Source: a virus
Length of the DNA: 35,442 nucleotides
IMG/VR virus record: IMGVR_UViG_3300031260_000108
Location: 1 to 35,442 of that record
Strand: one strand, 5' to 3'
Shown: piece by piece, positions 1-9,844 of the stretch
Layout of the letters: the number at the start of each line of letters is the position of its first letter
Position numbering within the stretch: the stretch's first letter is position 1
Made by a program: the position numbers and the translations under genes
Notes under the pieces: model-generated
What the model was told of the DNA's origin: nothing
Seen by the model: the letters and a program-made list of their open reading frames with translations, nothing else
The model's database searches: none

Positions 1-101
1 CCCTCAGTGTAAGGGTTATAGAGGCTTGTTTCGATCCTTGAGACTACTCTGCTCCCATTCGCCCTGAAGGCCTCGAATCCGAGCACTATCTTATCCGTCA
101 T
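1..101 (-). CDS. Gene after the tape measure, 3'-truncated by the window edge (probable distal tail/baseplate protein), N-terminus MTDKIVLGFEAFRANGSRVV
   Basis: ATG at 101-99 overlaps the tape measure TGA (ATGA); open frame runs off position 1; product inferred only from position. Confidence 0.6.
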   Translation of the reverse strand, partial: MTDKIVLGFEAFRANGSRVVSRIETSLYNPYTE

Positions 102-3100
102 CTGCTACCAGTCCTCCTCGCATCATTCACAGCGTACCGCCCGTACTCCTCATCGAATCTGCGGAGGAAGACGGGGTGGCTTGTGAGGCGCTTAATCGTC
201 TTATGATCCGTGATAGTCTCCACTATCCTTGCAGCTAGTTTCTCCTCATCCATACCAGCCACTCCTTTTATCTCAACATTGATGTGAACATCCCCAGCAT
301 GGTGTTCAACCCTTGCAGGGCCCTCAATACCTATATCAGGTTTCAGTGGCCCGCCATATCCAGTGACGCGTGGACTTCTCCAGCCATATCCCTGTTGAAA
401 TGCTGTTGTGTCGAACCACATACCAGCGACGTTCGCTGCGCAGTGTGGTATTCCACCCCAGCTCAAGCCGCAACGAATGCTTGCAGGGAGACCGAATGCC
501 CTTGCGAAGGCTACAACAAGCCTCGCACCATCATAACAATTAAATGCGCCGGCCCTGAGGAGTTCAGCCGGAGATAATCCACTATCGCCATAATAGAACC
601 TGTAATGTGTCCGGCCGATGACGCTTGAGATGAATGGGATGAATTTAGCGAGGTTCCCTGCAAGTCCCCTCGGTGGATACGTTGAGAAGTCCCCTGCCCT
701 GAGAGTGATCCCTGGGAGCCAACCTACACGGTACCTGTCAACTGTCCGGTTCACCCATCCAGTCATCCTCGTTGAGTAATCCCAGCCAGCACCATAACAT
801 GAGGGACAGGATAACATCCTGTAGTATTCCTCTGCAATCTTCTGCAGGCGGCGCGCACCCCTCACAGTATATGCTTCCGGGCCTGTCAGTGGTGCTGTGG
901 GTGTCAGGGCCCGTGGAGGGCCTCCTGCTCCAAGTCTTGTGAGGCTGGGAGTTGTGAATACTCTCCTGGAGGGTCCTGGGCCTGCTGGGCCTCCTGCCCC
1001 TGGGTTCATGACGAGGTTGTAGAATCTGCGGATGTTGCTTGATAGTGTGTTCAGATGACCTGTGACCCCAGTCTTTGTGCGACTGGCGGCTGAGACTACT
1101 TCACTTTTCATTGAGTTGAAGCCTGTCTTGATGTGGGTCATTGTGGTCTTTGTCGTGTTACTCATCGTAGTCATAGCGTTTCGTGTGATATTCACTGAAG
1201 CATTATAGGAGTCACGTGTCTTCTGTGTTGTTTCCTTGATACCGCTCCATGTATTCACGATGCTCGTGAGCCCAGACCTTGTAACTCCATGCATGTCAGT
1301 GATGGCCTTCCTTGTCTCATCCACAGCCCCCGCTACAGGTGAAGCCTTTATGGTGGCGTCAATAGGTACGTTTGCACCTGCAACATCCATACCCTCACGT
1401 ATACCCTTCGCATACGTGCTTGCAGCAGCCCTTGCAGAGCTGGCCATGCTCCTGAATCGCTGATTCACGAGGGCTGTGTCTGATTCTATCTGTTTATAGA
1501 TGATACTGGGACTCTTTATGTGCAGCGCACTCTTGATACCGTTCCACACGTTCTGACCGAACTGTTTCGCCGCGTTATAGGCGTCATTCACTTTGTTCTT
1601 AATCGCGTTCACCACATCCCACATCACCTTACTCACACGTCCAGGGAGTCCAGTGATTCCTCCAATAAGTTTTGAGACAAAGTTAGAGGCAGCCTGGCGG
1701 GCCATCTCCCTGAGCTTGTTTGCCCATGCGATGATCCTCTGCACTACGATGAGGAGCATAATCCAGAGACGTCCAGGTAGGCTCCTTATGAATGATAGGA
1801 ATGAGTTAACGAATCCTAAAGCCGCTGCCACAGCTTTCCCGATCAACTGTGCCCCGAACCTGCCCACTGCGAGGACCACCTCGAGGAGTATCCGGCCAAC
1901 CGTGGCCTTGAACAGGTTCCAGACTATGCTCATGAACTGGGAGAAGGTGATATGGCCACTAATCAGCATCTGGAGGGCCTGACCGAATTTCGTGAGGAAT
2001 GTGATCACGTTCCAGACCACCTGCCCGATGAACACCATCACCTGTATCACTGCGGATATGGCGAATCCAATGGCCTGGAAGACAGGGACGAGGTAATGGA
2101 TCCACTCCGCCAGTATCCTGATGGCTGGGACCACCACGTTCGTGAGGATCCATGCGAAGGCCCGGATGATCTCCACGAAGACCTGTATCGGGCCGGACGC
2201 GGAGGAGGCGCTCTTACCAGTGGACTGCACAGCCCTGCTGGTCTCCTGGACCGGGAACAACGCGTTCTTGAGTTCATTGAACGCTTCCCCGAGTGCCTTG
2301 AAGACCGGTTGCAAGGCGGCCCAGACCTCACCGAACGCAGCCTTCAGCTCATTGAACGCCGCTCCCAGCTCGGCGAAGACCCTCTGGGCCTCACTGGTCT
2401 TGCTCCATGAATCCCAGGCTATCTTCAGTTGTTTCACGTATTCAATGACTGTCCTGATTGGATTGATGGCGAATGATATCGCCAGGCCCAGGAAACCGAA
2501 CCTGGAGGCCATATCATCCACGAACTTGAACGAGAAGAAGACGTAATAGATGAAACCAGCTAATTGCTTGAGACCACCCATAATCCAGTTCAACGCACCG
2601 CCAAGAGCCCCCTGAATCGCTGAACCAACCCCAGAGAGAGCACCCTTCAGCGCATTAAACGCTCCAAGGAGGTACCCATAGATAACACTACCAACCCACT
2701 TAAGACCTTCTGCAAACTTGTTCACAGCATCCGTAACTGGCTGATAATTATAGTAGAGATACACAAGGGCTGCTGCAAGAGCAGCCACAGCTAAGACGAT
2801 CCATGTGATCGGGGAGGCTGCGAGGGCCGCGTTCCAGACCCACTGAGCCGCCGCGAGGGCATACGTGTAGGCGGTCGTCGCAGCCGTGACGATCCGCTGC
2901 CAGGCCAGCGCCGCAGTGTACCTGAGGGATGCAAGGATACCCATATTCTGGGCCTCCGTGTCGACCGCCACAGCACCCGCGTGGGCCATCGCAGCCCCCA
3001 CCGCAGTCTGCAAGGCCGCGGCTGAACCATACGTAGATAATATGAGGGCCTGGTTCGCGACAGTGTTCCTCACAGTCGCAAGAGTGGATGTTACAGTTGC

Positions 3101-4516
3101 TGCTGTCTTTGTTGTCTCAGCACCAGCCTGGGCCTCTGTCGCCACGGTGGATGTGAAGAGTGCCTTTGCCTTCGCAATCTCTGCGAGTGTCTGAGTGTTC
3201 GCTGCAGTAGCAACAGCTGACTGGTACGTCTGATAGGCCATATATGTACTCACAAGACCCCCAATCAGGCCCCCTACACTTAGGATCGGGGCGATTAGCC
3301 AGCTGAACTGAATACGGAGCTTCTCCACACCCTCCTGGAGGCGCTCATATATCGTGACATTCTCTTTCATTATCTTTGATTTCTTTTCGATACTCCCAGA
3401 GTACTTTGATGTCATCGCGGATGCTCGGCTGAGGAGCCCTGGCTGCAAGCCTAACTTTTGTTCGAGGACTGAGAGATCTCCATTACACTCCTTGAGCGCC
3501 CGGCTCATACCAGTGTACGCTGCACGACCACCACCAAACTTCTTCGTCGCTGCAGCGATGAGGACAACAGTCTGATCCACTGTGAGCCCTAACTCCTTAA
3601 ATGACGCGTCAAACTTCTCCATCCACTTGATATACGTACCAAAACCGCCCACGATGTTCGCCTGAGCATATGCGATAGCATTATAATGTTTAGGGATCTC
3701 ATCGAGGCGGACACCCATAACAATCAATGAATTCGTAAACCTGATAACTTCATCTCTATTCACGCCTGTAGCAAGGCTGAGGTCATTCAGAGCATACACA
3801 CCACGACGTAACGAGTCAGCACTCTGAAGTCCGCTCTGTTTCAAAACCTTCAGGTAGGCGAGGACATCCTCAAGTGGTAGTCTAGCGCTGATGAGAGATG
3901 CTACGAAGCTTCTCACAGCTGGTTCTGGCATAGTGGCTGAGGCCATCTTCTGGAAGGTAGCGTTAAGGTTGGTTGCTTCCCTTGCAGCTATTTCCATCCC
4001 AGCGGTTAGTGTGCTCAGGGCCGCCGTGATGGCTGCAAGGCCGAGAGTACTCTGACCGGTGTTCTCTACTTCCTCCTTAGCCTCCTTAGTCTTATCACTT
4101 AATCTGTTAGCGGCATCAGCCGTTTTATCTAGTTCTGTTCCAAGGTCACGGATGCTGGATGTGGCGGATACAAGGTCACTCGTGTTCACATTAGTCAGAC
4201 TGGTTGAAAGGTTTTCAGCGCTTTGGCTTGTGTCATTTAATGCATTACTTGCTTCATTCGCAGCCCCTGAAACCTCGCTGATTGGCGCTGAATTTATGGA
4301 TGATGTGGAGCTTCCAAGTTCCTCTGCACCACTTGATGCTTCACTCAATGCTTGCCCTGCCTCTGTCGCTGCAGAGCCCATCTCTGATAATGATGATGAT
4401 GCTGAATTTACTGTCGATTCAAGGCTTGAAAGAGCAGACTCTGCGGTGGATACCATCGATGACAGGTTCCCACTGAACTCGTCTAATAGTCTTACAATTA
4501 CACTTATCTCATCCAT
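98..4516 (-). CDS. Tail tape measure protein with C-terminal transglutaminase-like cysteine protease domain
   Basis: 1472 aa; Ala/Ser-rich helical N-terminus, Trp/Phe-periodic amphipathic repeats; follows tail tube and chaperones; C-terminal FNCYDG...PHCAA...WFDTT triad. Confidence 0.92.
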   Translation of the reverse strand: MDEISVIVRLLDEFSGNLSSMVSTAESALSSLESTVNSASSSLSEMGSAATEAGQALSEASSGAEELGSSTSSINSAPISEVSGAANEASNALNDTSQSAENLSTSLTNVNTSDLVSATSSIRDLGTELDKTADAANRLSDKTKEAKEEVENTGQSTLGLAAITAALSTLTAGMEIAAREATNLNATFQKMASATMPEPAVRSFVASLISARLPLEDVLAYLKVLKQSGLQSADSLRRGVYALNDLSLATGVNRDEVIRFTNSLIVMGVRLDEIPKHYNAIAYAQANIVGGFGTYIKWMEKFDASFKELGLTVDQTVVLIAAATKKFGGGRAAYTGMSRALKECNGDLSVLEQKLGLQPGLLSRASAMTSKYSGSIEKKSKIMKENVTIYERLQEGVEKLRIQFSWLIAPILSVGGLIGGLVSTYMAYQTYQSAVATAANTQTLAEIAKAKALFTSTVATEAQAGAETTKTAATVTSTLATVRNTVANQALILSTYGSAAALQTAVGAAMAHAGAVAVDTEAQNMGILASLRYTAALAWQRIVTAATTAYTYALAAAQWVWNAALAASPITWIVLAVAALAAALVYLYYNYQPVTDAVNKFAEGLKWVGSVIYGYLLGAFNALKGALSGVGSAIQGALGGALNWIMGGLKQLAGFIYYVFFSFKFVDDMASRFGFLGLAISFAINPIRTVIEYVKQLKIAWDSWSKTSEAQRVFAELGAAFNELKAAFGEVWAALQPVFKALGEAFNELKNALFPVQETSRAVQSTGKSASSASGPIQVFVEIIRAFAWILTNVVVPAIRILAEWIHYLVPVFQAIGFAISAVIQVMVFIGQVVWNVITFLTKFGQALQMLISGHITFSQFMSIVWNLFKATVGRILLEVVLAVGRFGAQLIGKAVAAALGFVNSFLSFIRSLPGRLWIMLLIVVQRIIAWANKLREMARQAASNFVSKLIGGITGLPGRVSKVMWDVVNAIKNKVNDAYNAAKQFGQNVWNGIKSALHIKSPSIIYKQIESDTALVNQRFRSMASSARAAASTYAKGIREGMDVAGANVPIDATIKASPVAGAVDETRKAITDMHGVTRSGLTSIVNTWSGIKETTQKTRDSYNASVNITRNAMTTMSNTTKTTMTHIKTGFNSMKSEVVSAASRTKTGVTGHLNTLSSNIRRFYNLVMNPGAGGPAGPGPSRRVFTTPSLTRLGAGGPPRALTPTAPLTGPEAYTVRGARRLQKIAEEYYRMLSCPSCYGAGWDYSTRMTGWVNRTVDRYRVGWLPGITLRAGDFSTYPPRGLAGNLAKFIPFISSVIGRTHYRFYYGDSGLSPAELLRAGAFNCYDGARLVVAFARAFGLPASIRCGLSWGGIPHCAANVAGMWFDTTAFQQGYGWRSPRVTGYGGPLKPDIGIEGPARVEHHAGDVHINVEIKGVAGMDEEKLAARIVETITDHKTIKRLTSHPVFLRRFDEEYGRYAVNDARRTGSR

Positions 4517-4546
4517 ACATGCACCCTAAAAAAAATGAGGAGTGGT

Positions 4547-4807
4547 TTAGACCCGTTGGGCCATCCTCCTCGCCTTCCGTTTCATAGACTCTGAGACTCC
4601 TCCACCCCCATCACTAACCTCCGCGCCGAGGGCCTTAGCGAGGAATTCGCGCTCCTCCCTCAATTCGAGGTAGTATGCGTGGGCTAGGAAGACTCTTTGT
4701 TTCTCGGTTAGGTCTGATGCTCTGTCACATATACGCGCCCCTGAGTTGTGTAAAGCCCAAAGGATACGTCCTTCATCTTCTTCAGCGAAATTGGTTGAGT
4801 GTGTCAA
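4547..4807 (-). CDS. Second tail assembly chaperone ORF (T-like; possibly a frameshift extension of the upstream ORF)
   Basis: Lies between first chaperone and tape measure; overlaps upstream ORF in the +1 frame; only a TTG start. Confidence 0.65.
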   Translation of the reverse strand: MTHSTNFAEEDEGRILWALHNSGARICDRASDLTEKQRVFLAHAYYLELREEREFLAKALGAEVSDGGGGVSESMKRKARRMAQRV

Positions 4808-5225
4808 GTTCTTCCTCTGAAACGCTACTGATCTCCATGACCTTCAAGAACAGGTCATTCAGGACACGGTGAGGGAGCCTCTGGATTATCTCCATCGGGG
4901 TCTCTGAGGAGTAGGCCACCGCGGTCATTTTCACCTTGGCCCTGGCCTCCTGTGTCTTCGCGAAGTCAAGTTCTTGTTTCAGTTTCTGTGTCTGGTCCTT
5001 CACAGCTGCTCTGCGCTCACCTGAGGACATGTTCATGAGGCCCTCTATATCGATTGTGGCCTTCATCCCCTCTTTCTCTATCTTCTGCAGTTCCAGTATC
5101 TCAGAGCATGTAAGTGGTCTTAGTTTCACTGGTCTTTCAAGACCCTCAACCTTGTGTTCAACGTATCCTTCCCTCCCTTTCAGGAGTTCCTCAAATAATT
5201 GGATGTTCTCCTTGTTTTTGCTCAA
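4782..5225 (-). CDS. Tail assembly chaperone (G-like)
   Basis: 147 aa acidic helical protein between tail tube and tape measure; VKLRPLT motif typical of such chaperones. Confidence 0.75.
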   Translation of the reverse strand: MSKNKENIQLFEELLKGREGYVEHKVEGLERPVKLRPLTCSEILELQKIEKEGMKATIDIEGLMNMSSGERRAAVKDQTQKLKQELDFAKTQEARAKVKMTAVAYSSETPMEIIQRLPHRVLNDLFLKVMEISSVSEEELDTLNQFR

Positions 5226-5247
5226 AACTAATTCCTCCTATATCATT

Positions 5248-6231
5248 TTAGGTTGATACGCTTGTCTCGGAGTTCACTATCTTGACATAGCAAGGTGTGG
5301 TTACTTTTGTGGTGCCATCATTGAGTGTTACTTCATCTTCAAGGCATCCGAGTTCTACTTGTGGTTCCCTGGGCTCAGCACCCTTAATTGATGTGTCAAT
5401 CTTCTTGTAGTAACATTTAGGGAATGTTACGGTCATAGTGCCTGCTGAGCCGGCGTCGAATGTGGTGACAACCTGGAATGTGGCGGGTGAGCTTTCACTA
5501 GCACCTGAACTGTCACCCCAGAAGGCTTCAAGAATAGAACTGTCATCGTCCTTCATCTTCAGGGTGAGGCTACAGGACTTATCCCCTGTATAGAATGCGT
5601 AGGGGAACCTGGATCCGAATCCGCGACCAGAATCCTCCTTGATACCATTATCATATTCAAGCTCCCAGGACTTGATCTTAGGGGATTTATCAGTGCCTCC
5701 AATCGATACGTTCACCTTGTAGAACGCTATTGGGAATATCCCGCTCGGCTCATTCAGGGTTGTCCTTATATTATCCTTCTTATCCTTCTTAGCGAGGAGA
5801 TCCGTCTTCATCACCGCGACTTCATCCTCTACTGAGACGTTCATCTTGTTCACAACAGTCCCCAGGAACACGTGCTCAAAGGTGTCCTTACCCACACGTG
5901 TCGTGAATGATGGTAGCGTCTTGGATTGGGAGGCATAGAATTCGTGTGTGTTGTTTGGTGTCCCTGAAGTGAAGGTATAACCTCCCATACCAAAGTAGAG
6001 GAGGTATCCTATCGTCTTGATATCTATTGGGTACTCGAATGAGCCCTTGTTCGCGTAGTACCCTGCGATTTGTCCGCGCGGGAACGCGGATAATGTGGGT
6101 AAAGGTATCACAGGGTCATCAGGGACATCAAGGCTGACTGACTCTGCTATCGTGATATCATACTTGGAGCCTGTTGCCTCAGTCCCGAAGCTTGTTTCCT
6201 TCTTAAAACCAAAATATCGTACTGGTGGCAT
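5248..6231 (-). CDS. Tail tube (major tail) protein
   Basis: 327 aa beta-rich; RYFGFKKETSFG N-terminus, PSFTTRVGKD motif; canonical position; RBS GAGGTGA. Confidence 0.85.
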   Translation of the reverse strand: MPPVRYFGFKKETSFGTEATGSKYDITIAESVSLDVPDDPVIPLPTLSAFPRGQIAGYYANKGSFEYPIDIKTIGYLLYFGMGGYTFTSGTPNNTHEFYASQSKTLPSFTTRVGKDTFEHVFLGTVVNKMNVSVEDEVAVMKTDLLAKKDKKDNIRTTLNEPSGIFPIAFYKVNVSIGGTDKSPKIKSWELEYDNGIKEDSGRGFGSRFPYAFYTGDKSCSLTLKMKDDDSSILEAFWGDSSGASESSPATFQVVTTFDAGSAGTMTVTFPKCYYKKIDTSIKGAEPREPQVELGCLEDEVTLNDGTTKVTTPCYVKIVNSETSVST

Positions 6232-6260
6232 GTATTCACCTCAAAAAATGTTTTATAATC

Positions 6261-6692
6261 TTAGTAGGGTTGTCTAACGTCGTGTTTGAGGGTGTATATT
6301 ATCGTCGTGTAGAATGCTTGGCCAACGGCTCGGGGTATGTACTGATATGATTCTATGCTTGTCATGCGTGTCGCGCCCTTCACTGTATACCAGTCCTTGT
6401 CACTGTTAAATTTCCCTATGATCGTTGTAAGGTCATCCATGGCCCTATCATAACTCTCTGGCTTTGTACCGCGATACACTGCGAATACAACTGACTTAGC
6501 CTCTACTGGTATGTTATATGACCCCATAGTGTTCTCAAATGAGCCCTCAGTCGTGTATACAGTTGCAACAGCTCTCTTAAACTGCGGAGTCTTCTCTGGG
6601 ACCCCTAACCGTACATCATCAAACAGTTTTGTTGATTCGAGGAGATCAACAAGGTTTGAACCTATATCCTTGATGTAGGAGTAATCAGGCAT
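6261..6692 (-). CDS. Tail terminator/completion protein
   Basis: 143 aa immediately upstream of tail tube in head-neck-tail order. Confidence 0.6.
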   Translation of the reverse strand: MPDYSYIKDIGSNLVDLLESTKLFDDVRLGVPEKTPQFKRAVATVYTTEGSFENTMGSYNIPVEAKSVVFAVYRGTKPESYDRAMDDLTTIIGKFNSDKDWYTVKGATRMTSIESYQYIPRAVGQAFYTTIIYTLKHDVRQPY

Positions 6693-6693
6693 A

Positions 6694-7125
6694 CTATAAT
6701 CCTCCTAGGAGGAGTGAGAGGTAGTTCTCGATGTGGCTCGTGGGGTCAGCGTTCTCCATCACATCCTTCATCCACGGGTTAGGCTGAGTCCCAGGGTGAT
6801 GAACCCTCCTCGCGAACCTGCCATCAAAGAACAGGGCCTTCGCATGGACAGGCTCAATGATATGTGGACTGGTACCCTCATGGACAAATACTGCGTATGG
6901 GGCCTGGTTCGTGTCAACAGTCAGGACACGGGTGAACTCATCAGGAGCATAGATCACATGACTTGCTCTGAGGTTCCCCGTCCTGATCGGAGCGCTGAAT
7001 TTAGCATCTGACTCAAGGCTCCTCATGAAATCGTCGAGGCCGGCGATTATGTAGTCCTTCACCTTATCCGCGGCCCCTGCAAGGGCATCAAGAGCGCCGC
7101 GGTCTATCTCGATCTCAAATACCAT
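6694..7125 (-). CDS. HK97 gp10-like neck/tail completion protein
   Basis: APIRTGNLRAS, YAVFVHEGT and HHPGTQPNPWM motifs. Confidence 0.85.
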   Translation of the reverse strand: MVFEIEIDRGALDALAGAADKVKDYIIAGLDDFMRSLESDAKFSAPIRTGNLRASHVIYAPDEFTRVLTVDTNQAPYAVFVHEGTSPHIIEPVHAKALFFDGRFARRVHHPGTQPNPWMKDVMENADPTSHIENYLSLLLGGL

Positions 7126-7155
7126 GACACTACCCCTAAAAACATTCTATCCTTT

Positions 7156-7545
7156 TTAGTACCTCGTATTATACTTGTAATCTGTTTTAGTGGCGGATAT
7201 GGGGCTGGTTTCAGGGTTCAAGGAGCCTTCATCGAGTTCACTGATCAGTTCACGTATCAGACGATCCCCTCTCTCCATGTAGTACCTGACCTGTTCCTCC
7301 CCTGACGAGTCATTAGCATTGTAGAGTGCCCTGATAAGGTCTGCTATCGCGTAGAACTCTATAGCCACTCTGTATGTGTCCTCAGTGTACCCATCGAGTG
7401 AAGTCTCATCGTAGCCTGCTGTGCGCAGTGATTGAAGCGCTGTCTGAGTAGCGTTATCCACCGCACCATTAACGAGGGTATCTGAGGGAGTGTCGACGTA
7501 GACGCTCACCATCTCGACGATCTTCTCAGTGTCAACTGAAACCAT
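7156..7545 (-). CDS. Head-tail adaptor/connector
   Basis: 129 aa helical acidic protein downstream of capsid genes; positional inference. Confidence 0.6.
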   Translation of the reverse strand: MVSVDTEKIVEMVSVYVDTPSDTLVNGAVDNATQTALQSLRTAGYDETSLDGYTEDTYRVAIEFYAIADLIRALYNANDSSGEEQVRYYMERGDRLIRELISELDEGSLNPETSPISATKTDYKYNTRY

Positions 7546-7567
7546 TCATACACCCTCTTACAGAGTC

Positions 7568-7930
7568 TTATTTCTGCAGGATGAGGTAGTAATCAGCAGA
7601 TCCTGTTACAGTCACCTTCACAGTCGTGTTTGTTTTAGCCCCTACACTACTTAGCGCCCCTCCCTCCCCAGGGACTGATGCAAGGGCAACAACAACCTTT
7701 GTTGGAGCTACGCCGAGAGTGTGAGGCACTGTCTCCTCTTCACCTGTCCCTGTCCGCGGCCCGATGATCTCAACGGATTTGTTCTCCACAGCAAGAACTC
7801 GGTTATTGAGGGTAGAGACACTGCCACTGATCTCAGAGACATTGTCAACGAGATCAAGAATAAGGTCGTTGAGGCCCTTAATAGGGCCTCCTTTACGTCT
7901 AAGAAGTCCTATGAAACCCATAACAGTCAC
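7568..7930 (-). CDS. Putative minor virion protein (head fibre/decoration)
   Basis: Directly after the capsid gene; short coiled-coil then beta-rich C-terminus (VPHTLGVAPTKVVV). Confidence 0.45.
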   Translation of the reverse strand: MTVMGFIGLLRRKGGPIKGLNDLILDLVDNVSEISGSVSTLNNRVLAVENKSVEIIGPRTGTGEEETVPHTLGVAPTKVVVALASVPGEGGALSSVGAKTNTTVKVTVTGSADYYLILQK

Positions 7931-7931
7931 C

Positions 7932-8849
7932 CTATGATCTGATAAGTTGTCCTGTCATGAGGCTTCCAGGTTCCCTGCTATTGTATCCAATGTCAACCCA
8001 GAGTTCAAGTATGTTCCTGTGAGGATATGTGTCCTCCTTAACCTCGTTAATGTTAATAAGGGCCGGTGGGACTCCAGGGGCTGCCTGACCGCTTAAGTAT
8101 GAGTATTTTGGGCTCACATACTTCTCTATGATGCCTGGAGGGGCCTTAGAGTCCATGACGATCATGTCCTTCGTGTCATCGAAGGAGTCACCAACGTTCT
8201 TGATCATCATACCATCGACTGACATGTTCTCCTCATCCACCTCCTTATCGAAGCTTAGGAGGTACTCCTGGATCTTATAGTATGGATCAAGTGATAGGAG
8301 GACCATATCAGCCTGGAATAGGCCTGTTTCTTCCCTGAATTTCTTACGTATCTTGAGGAGGTCTCCGCGGGGATCATATTCATCGAGGGCCCAGTCACTG
8401 AGGTCATCTGGGGCGGATAGGCCTGCTGTCCTAACGAGTTCTGATGCGATGTACTCGTTCAGGAAGTATGCGAAGCCTGCGATCATCCTCTGAGTCGCTA
8501 ACTGTATATCAGCTGTGAACTGGCCTCTCTCAGCGTCCTTGTCAGTGTATACGAGGCTGTAACCATATGAGACTGTGTTCCCAGAGACGACCTTCCCTGC
8601 CTGCAACTGGATCGTGGTGAGGTCTGAGGCCTCACTAGCAAGGCCAGGAAGTCCCTGCTTCCCATCCTTGATATCAGCGACCGGGTTCATAGATTCCACG
8701 ACACTGGTGAACTCCCCTGTCGTGTTATCAGCTGTTGGGAGTATGTTGAGGAATGGGACCTCAGGTATGAGTTTCTCAGTTATATAGTACTCCAGGTTAT
8801 GTTTCCTGAGGAGGGCCTCAGGTGGCATTGTGGTTGTTATAGCGGGCAT
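7932..8849 (-). CDS. Major capsid protein (HK97 fold)
   Basis: 305 aa; position after protease/scaffold and decoration gene; size and composition fit. Confidence 0.8.
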   Translation of the reverse strand: MPAITTTMPPEALLRKHNLEYYITEKLIPEVPFLNILPTADNTTGEFTSVVESMNPVADIKDGKQGLPGLASEASDLTTIQLQAGKVVSGNTVSYGYSLVYTDKDAERGQFTADIQLATQRMIAGFAYFLNEYIASELVRTAGLSAPDDLSDWALDEYDPRGDLLKIRKKFREETGLFQADMVLLSLDPYYKIQEYLLSFDKEVDEENMSVDGMMIKNVGDSFDDTKDMIVMDSKAPPGIIEKYVSPKYSYLSGQAAPGVPPALININEVKEDTYPHRNILELWVDIGYNSREPGSLMTGQLIRS

Positions 8850-8858
8850 ATTATCACC

Positions 8859-9368
8859 TTATTTGTAGTAGTAGCCTACGAGGACTGGTATCTCAGCGCC
8901 ACTATTGGCGGATGCTGATTTAAGGGCTATCTTATCAGTAGGGTCAGTTGACTTGTCTATAGTCTGCCCATCAGAGGCGACTTTGATGTAGTCCCCTGCA
9001 GTGATCGCCGCGTTTGATGACGTGAGTTCCATTTCCCTCACAGCAACACCGAATAGTTTGACCGCTGCGATCCTGTTCGGGTAGTTCCCGTAGGTAGCGT
9101 TTGATGATGGTGGCTGGCCCTGGAATTGTGGTTCATCCTCCAGGACGCCGATGGGTTTCCCTGACACTCCGCTTCTGAGTTTTTCGACTAGGAGGTCTCC
9201 TGCAAGGGCCATGATATCCCCTTTCTTGGCAGGGTACTGGAATGTTGCACCTACCTGTCTGCCCTGTGGGGTGTTAACCTCGGAGACTGTTAGGTTCCCC
9301 TCTTTGAGCTCCATGGCAACCCCGGGGCCTATTTCACCATAATTGTATTTCACAACCATCCTTATCAC
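8859..9368 (-). CDS. Capsid decoration/cement protein
   Basis: 169 aa beta-rich, Gly/Ala-rich (AITAGDYIKVASDG; IALKSASANSG) between scaffold and capsid genes. Confidence 0.6.
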   Translation of the reverse strand: MIRMVVKYNYGEIGPGVAMELKEGNLTVSEVNTPQGRQVGATFQYPAKKGDIMALAGDLLVEKLRSGVSGKPIGVLEDEPQFQGQPPSSNATYGNYPNRIAAVKLFGVAVREMELTSSNAAITAGDYIKVASDGQTIDKSTDPTDKIALKSASANSGAEIPVLVGYYYK

Positions 9369-9844
9369 CTGTGGAATCTTTTACGGTATTCTTCATACGT
9401 GTAGAACTCTTTCTCCTTCATATCAGCCGGGTTCCTGGACATCCTTGACATCTCAATGACCTGGGGTGCTTCATCCATGATCTTAGAGTACTCAGCTGGG
9501 GCTTTCATCGCAAGTTTGATGTGGGCCTCTGTCTCCGCGGGTTTCACTTTACCTTCCTCAATGTACTTCTCGACGAGTTTCTTAGCGTTTAGGGCTGCTG
9601 CCTTCTCTTTCAGGTCATCTGCAAGGTTCTCTGCGATTTCCTCCGCCGGAGCCTCTTTACCATCCTCAACTGGTTGGAGTTCCTGGATCCTGGTGATCAT
9701 GGCATCGAGTTCATTTATCAATTCATTTATTCCGTCTATGAGGTCTGGGAGTAATTCCACTGTGTCTCCCTCGCCTCCATCTTCCGGAGGAACTTCTTCC
9801 TGAGCTTTTACCTCGGATTCAGTTATTTCATCCTCTTTTTTCAT
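9365..9844 (-). CDS. Nested in-frame scaffold protein (internal start)
   Basis: GAGGTGA-tata-ATG at 9855-9842 inside the protease ORF, exactly where the acidic region begins. Confidence 0.55.
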   Translation of the reverse strand: MKKEDEITESEVKAQEEVPPEDGGEGDTVELLPDLIDGINELINELDAMITRIQELQPVEDGKEAPAEEIAENLADDLKEKAAALNAKKLVEKYIEEGKVKPAETEAHIKLAMKAPAEYSKIMDEAPQVIEMSRMSRNPADMKEKEFYTYEEYRKRFHR

